Translations under genes and position numbers: made by a program
Origin: Macrostomum lignano
Taxonomy: Eukaryota
DNA length: 64,000 nt
NCBI GenBank assembly: GCA_002269645.1
Contig: NIVC01001845.1
Span: 118,257-182,256, forward strand
Reading direction: 5' to 3'
The notes under the pieces: generated by a model
Database searches by the model: none
Seen by the model: only the letters and a program-made list of their open reading frames with translations
Told to the model about the DNA's origin: nothing
Shown: one piece after another, positions 12,977-25,332 of the stretch
How positions within the stretch are numbered: position 1 is the first letter of the stretch
How the letters are laid out: every line of letters starts with the position of its first letter

Positions 12977-14569
12977 GGCGACCAAAACCAGCTCACGAAC
13001 TCATTTGAGCAATCAGGATATTAAGATCGGGGACGAAGAGATGCGCTTGAGTCAATCGATTTTCTATCACAGCGAGTATATTTTAATTAAGTGTATTACA
13101 AAGGGCAATAATGTTGTTATTGCTTTTTTTTCTATTAATAAATTCCGATCCTTTCGTGAACTTAAGTGGATAAATGTAGAATTTTTTCTAGGCAATTATT
13201 TCTCTAAATAATGTGCGTCACATGAATACCCAGAACCTTTAAAACTTTTATGCCTTCAAAACGATTCAAAGTTTAAGACCCACCCTTTGGCAAGCCGAAT
13301 CAAGGATATGCCGTATTTTTACCTCTAAATAGCTACGGGATAAGCCAGGATTGTAAAAAGATAGTAATCAAAAGCTATTCTTTGAGTAGATGATCATGAA
13401 TCTTCTTTGTTTTAATTATGATGTAATGTTTTATTATTATTTCCGGAACAAAATCATTAAAACCTAGTTTTTCAATTTGTTGAAACAGTTAATTTGATCG
13501 CCGTCTTTGTGCAGTGACACAGATAAACCGATTCTGTTATAATCATAATCATAACCTTTTTGCAGGCGTGTATCTCTACGTCATTAATTAGGTTTTGTGC
13601 TTTTCTGGCCTCGCAATGATCGCATTCGATGCTTATTTTCTCCCATCAGAGTATTTATCGACACCAATATGCATGCATAGTTACTGTGTGGTACATTAAG
13701 CTCATTTTAAGTGAAGAGTATTTTTTAATTTATATTTTAATAAAATCTCGCTTCAATTTTTTCGGTTATTTTTTAAATTAACCGCCTGAAAGTTTTTTTC
13801 GAAATTATAAAACCGCAAACCGCAAAACTGTAAACAGGAAAGTTTATAAACTAATAACAATTGCATACATATATAACCATATATTTATATTTAATCTCCC
13901 TTATTGTACCGGCCAGCACAAGCTGTAAATAAGCATATAATACTTTATCACTTCAATGTGACAGAATTTCTATAGCGTTCAAGTTGTATTTATTCGCATC
14001 TTCGCAGTGTATTTTATTATATATAGCTAGTGGCAGCGATCAAGGCTGCAATTTTTTTACATTCCTGGTGTCTCCGGCGCACTGATTCAATCCAGTACTT
14101 ACAATTACGCTTTCTTGGATTTTTTGTCGAGCCCGTTTTTTTAAAATTGTTTTTTGGCCGCGTCAAGTTGTCATTTTGAAATTATTCGGAATCAGGCTAT
14201 TTTTGCCGTCAAGAAGTGAAAAATACACCCGATTATCTGCGTGTAAACAAAATAAGTTATCATGCACTCATAACAAAAACTGTCCAAATTAAGGTTTTTG
14301 CCTCTACTGACTTTGGTTATTATTTGTAAATATATTTTTGCAAAAAAATCTTAATAAGCATCAATGTTTGAGCATTTATTTGCTCTCAATGGGCGGAAAT
14401 TTTTAACGCAAATTATTGCCAACTGACGATGACCATTGGCAATGGCAAGTCAACAGGGTTTAATGTCGCGTCAATAATTCTTCGAAATGTGAGTAAATTG
14501 TCGCATTTCAATTAGAATTTAGCAGACTGTGTGTACTGACAGGGTGGGTGAATGTGTAGGCAATGCGTA

Positions 14570-14640
14570 CGACACCGAGGGAGCAAAGTCCATGCTGGAA
14601 GGTTATCACCACAAGCTGAATCGGATATTTCAACCGGTCA
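14570..14640 (+). mobile_element. Possible MULE/Mutator transposase remnant
   Basis: SMLEGYHHKLNRIF resembles the MULE motif NNxLEGWHxRLNR; single short motif only. Confidence 0.3.
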
Positions 14641-15050
14641 CACCTGAATGTCTTCACTTTTGTTCGTGCGATTCAGCGGCTGCAGTGCACATACAAGTGG
14701 CGCGTCGTGCAGGCATCAAATGTTGTGGCAGAGCAGTTTTCACGGCCGAACGCAAAGCCCCTGCGCACGTGAAAGCGCCTAAAGGCACTGAAGAAGCAGC
14801 AAAAATGATGAAAACAGTGTTGTAGAGCTGCTGATTGAGTTTTTTTACGAGGTGACAGGTTTGATACGTGATATTGAGCCAACCAGGCTGCAGAACTGTC
14901 AATTTAGTCCCTTGTTCATTCACTGCATCATCCGTTCTATTCAGCAAGCGAATCCGACTTTGCACAGAGCAGAGACGTCTGCCCCAGACAGACTTACGGA
15001 ACTCACTACATGATATACTTAAATGTGAACTGTGTTTGCATTAATACAAT

Positions 15051-15331
15051 ATAATAATAATAATGGATTACAGCCGCCCCAATGGGCAGATGTGCAAACG
15101 ACAGCTCAGGCGCATCTGAAGGCTGCGTACGGCTGTTCAGTCCAAGGACTGGGGGGGGGGCTGCCACACACACCCCCAATTACTCCAGCTAGGCACCCAT
15201 TTTACAGCTGGGTGAACTGAAGCAATGTAGAGTTAAGTGTCTTGCTTAAGGACCCGAATTGTTCCGAGTGGGTCGAGAATCGAACCCCCTGACCTTTCAG
15301 TCATGAGTCCGATGTTCTAACGACTAGACTA
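15051..15331 (-). mobile_element. tRNA-derived SINE, copy 1
   Basis: On the minus strand: B-box GGTTCGATTC, central GTCCTTAAGCAAGACACTTAAC and (TTA)n tail; alignable with 31545-31832 and 40444-40740. Confidence 0.8.
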
Positions 15332-15654
15332 CTTACAATTACCTATATTTAAGTCGCATTTGAGCGAAAGATGATGATAGATGATAAATTAATATCTACA
15401 AAACTTTCTCTAAACTGCTAAAGACAAAATGCTAGTGTGACCTGAAGTCGAAATCAGCTTAACAACTTTTATCGCGCTCAAATCATAGCCGTCAAACATC
15501 ATGAATTTTACCATAAACCTGGAAGACACTGCGAAATTCTGATTTTTTGAGGAACCATTATGTGTTTAAATTCAAACGCTTGGATTGAGAACGACAAACG
15601 CATAGCCACTTGGGTGTGCTTGCTAAACGAGGACCTCAGTCGGACACCTTCTCA

Positions 15655-17672
15655 ATGAAGCTGGTGCTGCGCATCGCTCTCATTATAATATGCAGCCTGT
15701 CCCTGCTGATCGGACTGGCTCTCGGAGGCATCGGCGTCGGCATTCTGGCCAATAAGACCAAACTGCGCTCCATGATCAACCTGATCGATGTCGGCGAAAT
15801 GGAAATGCTTGAAAAGTACAAGAAAGATGTGGGAGATTTAATCGACAAGTATGACGTAATCTCTAGAGTTGGCATGGCCTTCATCGCCCTGGGCTTTCTG
15901 GTGAGCCTCGTGTCCACCCTAGGATTGGCGGGAGCGTGCATGCTGCAGAAGTTCATTCTTTACGTGGTGAGTAGTTAAGGTATATAAGTTTTCTACTACA
16001 TGTAGGCGTGATGAAGAAGTGTTACTTCTAGAAAAAAGATATTCATAGCAAAAATCTTTGTCCATAACAGTTTTACTCGAATAAGGTGATCTATAAAACT
16101 GAAGAAGTAATTTGTTCTCAGGAAAATGTGCTTTTTTAATGGATTTGCATAGATAATTTTTGCTCCTTGCTTATTGGTCGCCCCGAAAGGAGGCATTTGA
16201 TTGCTAGTAAATTCTGAAAACAGGATTTGACTGTGACAGATTACTTAAACCATATCATCTAGCTACGTTGCGCAAACAAAAAGACTTTAAAGTATCACTA
16301 CAGCAGAAATAACAGCCTCGGAATGAAGAACGAAAATTTCATCATGTTTAATTTTGACCCCGCCAGTACACCGGTCTGATGAGCATCCTGCTCATGGCTG
16401 TCCTCGGTGTTGTCATTTACTGCGGTGTTTTCAAGCAAGAGATCGCCAATAAAATGAAGGATCGGATGCACCAACTGCAGGACAAATACTTCATCTCTAT
16501 CGTGGAACTCTTGAGTAACAAAGAAACTGAAAAGGCGATGCTGACTTTGGCTATCAACTTCATGCATTTTTCAGTGAGTGCTAACATTTTGCAATCAAGC
16601 TTAAATATCAAGGGTAATTTCAGTAGGGAACGAACTGACAATTTCTTATTTAATGCAAAGCTCTCTCCATCGAAATCAACAGCTCAGATGTTGTGGAATC
16701 CGCAAAGTAGGCGACGCTCGTAACAGCACCAGCTGGTTAAAGTCGGAGCGACGAATCATGCAGCTGATGGAGACTGGTGCAGACCTGTTCCAAGGCACTA
16801 AGACTAGTGACTACGATTATGCGGTCTCATCAGAGGTCAGGCACAGACGGTCCGCGATACAGAGCGACATGTACGACTACACCATATTTGATAATTCAGG
16901 CAGCGGAGGCGGGAAAGGCCAGCCGGACTGGATGCGCTACGACGTACCTGAGGAGCTCGAGATGCCGGATAACTATGCTGTGCCAACCATGCTGCCCGAC
17001 GGCTTCGAGATTGATGAAGATGTTTTCGAGGGCCTCACCGAAGTTGTTGAGGAAGTTGTTACTGAAACTGTCAAAGTGGTCACAGAGGTCCTGGACGAGG
17101 CACTGGTGATGCGCACTCCACTGACCTGCTGTCAGATGGAGAGCATCAAAAAGCTGCTTGAAAACGAGTTCGATGTCAGCCAAATGTACGACAGCATGGA
17201 AGAAATTTCCTGCATATTTGAAGAGGAAAACTTTGGCGTCAACAATCAGGTGAGTCTTCTGTGCCAATTTTGATTCCAATTTAACAGATCATTAAGATAT
17301 CAGAAGGAAGCGGTGGCAAGGTAGAATAAATGTAATTGAGTCCTTAGTACATAAAAGTATCCTTGTTGGGCTTTGTCTGGATCAGTTCCAGACCGCACTG
17401 GATGCTAGATTACCAGAACAGAGACATTGAAAATCTTCACACAACCTTCAGACATGCTACGTCGCTCTCTGGAACTACCTTGACCAATACGTCACTCCCG
17501 TCCTGGCCCTAGGCAGCCTTCTGATCATCCTAATGGTGAATTTTCATGTTAGTTTTTGTGCAGCAAAGAGGATGCAACATTTAAAAGGCTTTACTAAAAA
17601 AAAGCATTTCTATTTCAGGCAGTCAGCACGGCACTGGCGCTTGGAATTATTAACCTTGAGAACTCAACCTGA
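15655..17672 (+). CDS. Tetraspanin 2 with greatly enlarged EC2 loop; exons 15655-15966, 16367-16573, 16683-17249, 17452-17535, 17619-17672
   Basis: Same 5-exon, phase-0 layout as tetraspanin 1; CCG, TPLTCC, SC and TCY cysteines; four TM segments; frame open to TGA. The start codon is the first in-frame ATG and an upstream exon is possible. Confidence 0.88.
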
Positions 17673-18503
17673 GGGTCTTAAAATGTTTTGTTATTTTTAT
17701 TGAGTTCCAGCACCCTGTGTGCTGACAAATTTTCTCCAAAAATACACTGTAAGAAATTGTAAAAGGAAAATTATTTTGCAATTGATCGTTTTTGATTTCT
17801 TGTATCGTATTGTATTTTACTGTACTGCAAAAGCAGTGTAGTTAGTCCTGATCTCTAAGACTGATCTCTACTTCTTGCTAAGGAGTTGCTATTTAGTTAT
17901 TGTTTTTTAGACTGAGAAAAATTAACTCATAGTGAAATAATGCTTTTGCAGAAAAAATCAAATAATTTTACCTAATACATGCCTAAATGACAAGACTCAT
18001 GACGAATTTCTCAGGTTAATTGCTGAGATGCCAAAGCTCATGGAGTATCGCTTATCTACGGTAAAATGACCTGACGGGATCGTTTGAACTTGTTCCTTAG
18101 CTGATAAAGTAAAGTAGGCGTGGTATTTTCTGGGCAGTACCAAACGCTGCACAGACTTATCAAAAGCAAACTCTCAGATGAAATTGTAAAAAACGGGGAC
18201 CAAGTTTTCATAGCCACGTTGGCTTTACAAAACTGGCTCAATAATCGCTGCATAGAACTTCCGTGTTCCTCTATGAACTCTTCGAGTCAACAAGCTTTAA
18301 CCCGTAGACACTACTCGGCAAACGATTAGCATTAGCAACTCAATATGTCTGTCAGCAAAACATCTTTACTATAGCCGTGTCAATAAAAAATTCCGGAGCA
18401 TCATTGAAACTCGTACTGTTCAATATTTCATTCAAGTCTGAGCACCTGAGAAGCCAATAACTTAATTGACGCTGAAACAAGGCCAGCAGACAACTTGAGT
18501 CTT

Positions 18504-21043
18504 ATGCCTGCGCCAGCCGCGAACAGTAAATCCTCCTTGAGCTCAAAATTACAGAATCAATGCTGCAGCTCCTGCGCTCAACGCTGCAAGTCGTGTACTT
18601 GCTCAGTGAAGCTGGCGCTGCGCATCGCTCTCATTATAATATGCAGCCTGTCCCTGCTGATCGGACTGGCTCTCGGAGGCATCGGCGTCAGCATTCTGGC
18701 CAATAAGACCAAACTGCGCTCCATGATCAACCTGATCGATGTCGGCGAAATGGAAATGCTTGAAAAGTACAAGAAAGATGTGGGAGATTTAATCGACAAG
18801 TATGACGTAATCTCTAGAGTTGGCATGGCCTTCATCGCCCTGGGCTTTCTGGTGAGCCTCGTGTCCACCCTAGGATTGGCGGGAGCGTGCATGCTGCAGA
18901 AGTTCGTTCTTTACGTGGTGAGTCTTTAGGAAATAATAAAATGCTTTGTTTGCCTGAATTCAAAACTTTAGACATGAAGTGACTTAATTGAACCGCAGTA
19001 CACCGGTCTGATGAGCATCCTGCTGATGGCAATTCTTGGCGTTGTCGTCTACTGCGGTATTTTCAAGGAGCGGATCGCGGAAAAAATGAAGGACCGAATG
19101 CTTAAACTTCAAGACAAATACTTTGTTTCAGTAATTGAACTCGTACAAAACAACAGTACGGTCAAGGCAATGCTCACTTTAGCCGTCAACTTCATGCATT
19201 TTTCGGTGAGTAAGTTTGGCGAATAAAGTATGAAAATATATTAAGCCAGCCAATTACCATATCGCCCATGAGAATTTATGCACTCAGAACACTCAGCTAC
19301 ACACACTTTGAATTCTATGTACACATTGAAGTTTTGAAAAGACAACTCACGATTTCAGTATCTGTGCATGCTCTTGTGAAGAAAGTCTGTCACACAATAG
19401 CCGTAAAATGAATAGCTGTGTCAGTACCATTAGTTGGTTCAAATTTGCTCTATTTTAGCAGTTGGCCCCACAAAAGCATATATTTGACTTTCTTGAATGG
19501 ATTGTAGAAATTAAAGAAAACCTATTGGGAAATTTGTTTCTTGGGCTCTAGAGAAGTTGGGATCTAATTCGCACTAGAGAAGTTAAAATAAAATTGTACC
19601 TTTAAACCTCTGTACATTTTGTTCGTCACCAGCTCAGATGCTGCGGCATCCGCAATGTAGGCGACGCTCGTAACAGCACCAGCTGGAAAAATTCAGAGCG
19701 ACGCCTCATGCAGCTGATGGCGGCTGGGGCGGACCTGTACGCAAGCTCTATGAATGGCGAGAATAGCAACGATTACGATTACCTGTACGAGGGGTTGTTT
19801 GAGGCCAGGTACAGACGGTCTGCGATACAGAGCGACATGTACGACTACACAATATTTGATTACTCGGACTACGGCTCAGGTGCGTCTGGCGGAGCTGGAG
19901 GCGGGCAAGCCCAGCCGGACTGGATGCGCTACGACGTGCCTCCGGAGCTGACGATGCCGCCTGATTATGCTGTGCCGGACATGCTGCCTGGCGGCTTCGA
20001 AATTGATGAGGATCTTTTCGAGGGCCTCACCGAAGTTGTTGAGGAAGTTGTTACTGAAACTGTGAATGCGGTCACAGAGGCTCTGGACAGCGCTCTGGTG
20101 TTGCGCACGCCTCTGACCTGCTGTCAGATGGAGGGCATTAAAAAGCTGCTTGCCAACGAGTTCGATGTGAGCCAAATGTACGACAGCATGGAAGAAATTT
20201 CCTGCATATTTGAAGAGGAAAACTTTGGCGTCAACAATCAGGTGAGATGTTGATGGAGTTGTTTGCATCAGTAATATAGGCTTTGGTGTGTAGTTGGTTT
20301 TTTATAAATGTTAGTTAAAATTTTTGAAAATGATATGGAGCATTTGTTATTATGGAATATAGCAATAGCATTGTGTGGCAAAGTTGGACGCTAGAAATCC
20401 CATCTAAATCTAAGCCATACTCATTTGAGATTTGATGAGAAATAGAAATATGAGAGTAGTGAACTGTCTTGGAGAAAACTGATCCAAGAGCACTGGAGTA
20501 ATAAGACAGAGTGTGGTTTACTCCACTTTAAAATCTCTGCTAATTGGCTAAATACGCTCAAATTTAAAGTTAAAGTAATTGAAGTCTGGTCTATACTAAC
20601 TATTATGCATACGTTACTTACAATTAAATATCAAAGTAGTTGTTAGAAGGAATTGTTTCACACTACTGATTAAGATAAAATATTAGCTCTGTGACGCCTT
20701 TGAATCTGAAGAAAATTAGTGCCTAGAACTGTACGCTGCAAATCTTAGACAGTCAGTAAGTTAGACAAAACACATTTATGCGAACCCGCAGACCTGCTAT
20801 AACGCTTTGTGGCTCTACATTGACCAGTATGTAACCCCTGTGCTGGTTCTGGGAAGCCTTCTAATAGCGCTAATGGTAATTATCACTTTATTTTGACGTT
20901 TTTAAGGCCCATTCACACCATTTTTTCTCTAATCGATTACAAGCAAGCAAGATTTTCATTTTTAGTATATACGAGGCCAACTCCTCCGATGGAGGAGAAA
21001 GGGGAAGAACTCCCATCACCGGAATTCCACCGCCATCAAATGA
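18504..21043 (+). CDS. Tetraspanin 3, paralogue of tetraspanin 2; exons 18504-18917, 18999-19205, 19633-20241, 20792-20875, tentative last exon 20966-21043
   Basis: Exons 1-4 clearly homologous to tetraspanin 2 with matching GT-AG sites. The last exon (YIRGQLLRWRRKGKNSHHRNSTAIK*) is chosen from a strong acceptor and open frame but is not homologous, so it is uncertain. Confidence 0.82.
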
Positions 21044-21572
21044 GTCCAATTTTTGAGTGATCACACAAAATTTCAGTTGATGATTAACGAATCTTTGACA
21101 ATCACCTCAGTTTTTCACGCTATCAACTGACTTTTACAAGTGATCGCAAGCGTTTCACACTGCAATCAACGGACATATACTGAGGAGAATGACTGGGCTG
21201 GGGTTTAGAGGAGGGTCATGCAAGTATTCCAATTTGTTGCGCGAGCAATACTGTGCGCACATATCTCCAGCTGAGCCCAAAATCGTACATATTTTCAGCA
21301 CGTTTGAGAAAAAAATTTTGAGCTTTGAATTCAATACCAGTGTACAGTCTGTATCAGAGTACAAAGGCCAGAGCTCTTATTGATATAACTGTCGCGAGCT
21401 AACAAAAACCCTAGCACCCAAACTTTCCCGATCGTCCATTTTCCTGGTATTTCGATTGTCAGGGTGCCGAAGGTCGTATATAGAGCAGGATTTTCTTGCA
21501 CTTTGTTTACCAGGGGTTCCAGCGGCAACCAACAGGCGCTGTTTTTTTCACGCTTGCTCATTTCACTTATGT

Positions 21573-21958
21573 CAGGGGTCGGAAAACTTTTTTACCCCAA
21601 CGGCCAGATAACAACCTAGAGCATGACTGCGGTCCGGAGGAAGGAGGAGATTAGAGGGAATAAAAAAGAAAGAAGGGAGATAGGAGAAGGGAGAGGCGAG
21701 AGAATAAAGGAGCAATGAGGAAGGTGGAGAGGAGAGATGAATTTAACTAGGAGAGTAGAAAAGAGAAGAGAGAGGGAGAGTAGGAAAGAGAGAGGAGACG
21801 AGAGAGGAGAGAAGAGAGAAGAGAGAAGAGCGCTGAGAAGAGACAAACAACGAGCGGGCCGGATTGCTATTGTGCAGTTTCAAAGGACCGCGAGGGCCGG
21901 ATGAAGAAGCTTTGCGGGCCGCATTTGTGGCCCGCGGGCCGGAGTTTGCCGACCCCTG
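21573..21958. mobile_element. hAT-type MITE with GA-rich interior
   Basis: TIRs CAGGGGTCGGAAAACT / AGTTTGCCGACCCCTG; flanks ACTTATGT and GCTCATGT (6/8 match). Related sequences at about 29145-29500 and 41005-41300. Confidence 0.7.
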
Positions 21959-23320
21959 GCTCATGTGATGGAAAATAATAAAACAGTTAACAACCTGACT
22001 GGTGAGATGGCCAATCAATTTTAAAACGACAATCAGACTAGACGGAGAGTTGTTGAAATAGAGTGGCTTGAGTTGAATTTTGTGTGTTGCGCAACTTGGG
22101 GTGCTGTGTAGGAGGCAAGCGACCAATGTACAGCGTTTTAGTTGATCAACTGGCCCTCGCGTTATTGACTTTTGTCGCTGAATTTGAAAGTATTCTAAGT
22201 TAGCTGAGATTTCAAGTGATCACAGAAAAAGTTAGAAATTCTGCGTGGTCAAACGAGTCGTGTGATTTGGTCTTTCATTTGATTGCAGTGTGAAAGAGCC
22301 TTTAAAACTACTAATTGAAGCCAACACCCACGGCACAGAAAGTGTACAAGCCTGATGATTAGAAGCACAGTGTGAGCCTGCGTACAGTATTGGCGCTTGT
22401 ATGTGCTCAGGGGTCGGCGGAATTTGGCGGAATCGCCTCAACGCTGCTTGTGAGCCGAAGTCGTTGCGTCATCACACGCACGGCAGTCGGACAAATATTG
22501 CTATTGCTATTACTACCATTGTCATTATTACCGTGAATTAAAAGGAGAATTCCTCTGCTACAATTTCAGACAGTCAGCATAGCAACGGCAACAGCGATCT
22601 TGTTAATTGACAGTTAAAGAGACCCGGGCTGCATTTTTTTACTGAAATCTGCACGCTATTCTATTTTGTTTGAAGTGCTTGTTTCATTTTTATTTAAAAG
22701 TAAATTTATGAAAAAATAAGGGAACTTTGCTTTTGATATAACAAATCAGGTTATTGTTTATCATTATTTTTGCTATTACATGTGGCTGTAAGCTTCTATA
22801 AGATTAGCCGAATCTACTTATCTTGCTGATCACCGTGCTTAGAATAATCTTGGCTATAGTGTTAGGCAATAATAAGAGTGTTATATCGTGACTAACTATT
22901 ACCTACGCGTGCCATATTTAGTGCTATATAAGTAGGCGAGTGTCTTTACATTGAAGATCCTTCCCAATGTTTTGAGTCCAAATCCACCAGTCGTCCTAGC
23001 TAGACTACGATTAAGATTTTTTATAATCCAATGAAACTAAATGCTTTAAAATATGCGACTTCCAATTTAGTGAAAAGATTTTTCAATATAAAATGTACTT
23101 TTATTCGGTTACCTTACTTGCTCACTAAGGGTTCGGACGTCTAGACCATAGACTGACTCTTACAGTCCCAGGGAGTGCAGCTCGCAGCCTTGAGTCACCG
23201 CTTTAGAGAATAGACGAGTCCCAAATCAACTCCACTGCAGTAAGCGATAACAGCTTAAACAAGCAACAATCTAAGGAACCTGCTTTGAATCGACACGCAC
23301 TGACTCGTTGAGTTCTCATC

Positions 23321-24511
23321 ATGTCCAAATGCCCACTGGCTGTCACTGGAGTGGACCCCGCCGTGCTCAAGTATCTGGAAGATGGCTTCAAGAAGCTGCA
23401 GAGCAGCTCCACCTGTAAATCTAAGCTGAAGAAGTTCCTCACTAAAGAAGTCTTTGACAATCTAAAGAATCTGAAGACAAAAACCTTCGGGTCTACCCTG
23501 AAAGACGTCATCCAGTCGGGTAAGTTTCAATGAAAAATATAACTAAAGAGCAAATGAAGCGCCTGCTTGAAAGCTTGCCACCCTCAATCCGTCATAGGCA
23601 TCGAAAACCTCGACTCTGGCGTCGGTGTGTACGCCCCAGACGCCGAGGCCTACACCGTGTTTGCCGATCTGTTCGATCCAATCATCCAAGACTACCACGG
23701 CGGCTTCAAGAAGACCGACAAGCACCCCAAGTGCACCATGGGCGATCCGAACAAGTTTGGCGACGTCGATCCCCAGGGCAAATACGTCGTGTCGACGCGA
23801 ATCCGCTGCGGTCGCTCCGTTCAGCAGTTCCCGTTCAATCCCAACATGACCCAGGAGCATTATAAGCAACTGGAGGATCTGGTCTCCAGCACTCTAAAAG
23901 GACTCTCTGGCGAGCTGAAGGGTACCTACTATCCCCTGACAGGAATGACCAAAGATGTGCAGCAGAAACTCATCGACGATCACTTCTTGTTCAAAGAGGG
24001 CGACCGTTTCCTGCAAGCCGCCAATGCTTGCCGCTACTGGCCCACTGGTCGAGGAATCTTTCATAACGACAACAAGACCTTCTTGGTTTGGATCGGCGAG
24101 GAGGACCATATGCGCATCATCTCGATGCAGAAAGGCGGCAACATCAAAGAAGTGTACGCCAGACTAGTTAAGGGCGTCGAAGAGATTGCCAAACGGATGA
24201 AGTTTAGCCACGACGATCGGCTGGGATTCCTCACCTTCTGTCCGACCAACCTGGGCACCACGATTAGGGCGTCCGTGCACATCAAGCTGCCACTGCTGGC
24301 CAAGGGCGGACACGACGCGCTGCAGAAAGTGGCCGACAAATTCCAGTTGCAAGTACGCGGCTCGGCTGGTGAACACTCGGAGGCAGTGGGCGGAATGTAC
24401 GACATTTCCAACCGGGAAAGAATGGGACTCACTGAGTTTGACGCCGTCAGCAAGATGTTCAAGGGCATCACTGAACTCATCCGCATGGAACAGGAGCTGG
24501 AGAAGAAATAA
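23321..24511 (+). CDS. AK: Arginine kinase (phosphagen kinase), 370 aa; exons 23321-23519 and 23598-24511
   Basis: [22 protein letters not shown] guanidino-specificity region, [36 protein letters not shown] and [13 protein letters not shown]; one 78-bp phase-1 GT-AG intron. Confidence 0.96.
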
Positions 24512-25332
24512 TCAACTCCACTTTGCAATGCAACTAACTGTCTTTGACACGAATGACACAGAACAATTCCTTCTCGTCAAAACGCGACCTCATCTTAACA
24601 GTTCCCTTTCAAATTGCAGTCAAATAAGTGCGCAGCCTTCTGTTCTTAGCAACCCAGTTTCACCGCCATCGAAATATGAAATCTTCCATTCCAATATTTA
24701 ACTATGCGATCAAAATGCGCCCCATGATTGTCTTTTGAGAGCATTGTCACCGTTTGAATTTGCTTTCCAAGAGAATAGAAAATCTAACAAGTCGAGCAGT
24801 CCTAAACCATAACTTAAGGGAATTACTTTTTATTTCGTTGCATCAAGCACTCGTATCTAAGAGACAGAGAAGCAGGTTCTAGCGCAGTTTGATTCTCAAA
24901 ATAAAGAAACTCTAGAAAAAATGAAAATAAAGCGAATTCTGTGAAGGCGGACGCTAGGACACTCTGGAAAGAGTATAGCAGTGGCTATATAATCGATCGA
25001 AAGTGCAGACGAGAGCAGAAGCGAAAAAAAGAAGCGGACCAATATAATTTTTAGGGAAAACCAAGTGACGTAATAGAATAGAAGTTATTGTTAAGGCATA
25101 ACTGTGGTACTATATAGTTAGTTGTACATGTAACGCTTTAAAGTGCAAGAAAACCAATTTGTCAAAATGTGTCGTGATCTACATTACTTTTATAATAAGG
25201 CTACTCGACCAGCTTGAACTACTCAAAGAAAAACGTTAAAGTACTCGTAAAATAGATTTCTCAGCAAAAATGATAACTCGTTCGTTTTTTAGATAGCTCG
25301 TAGTTCAGACTGTCTTGGCTGCTGCTCGGCCG

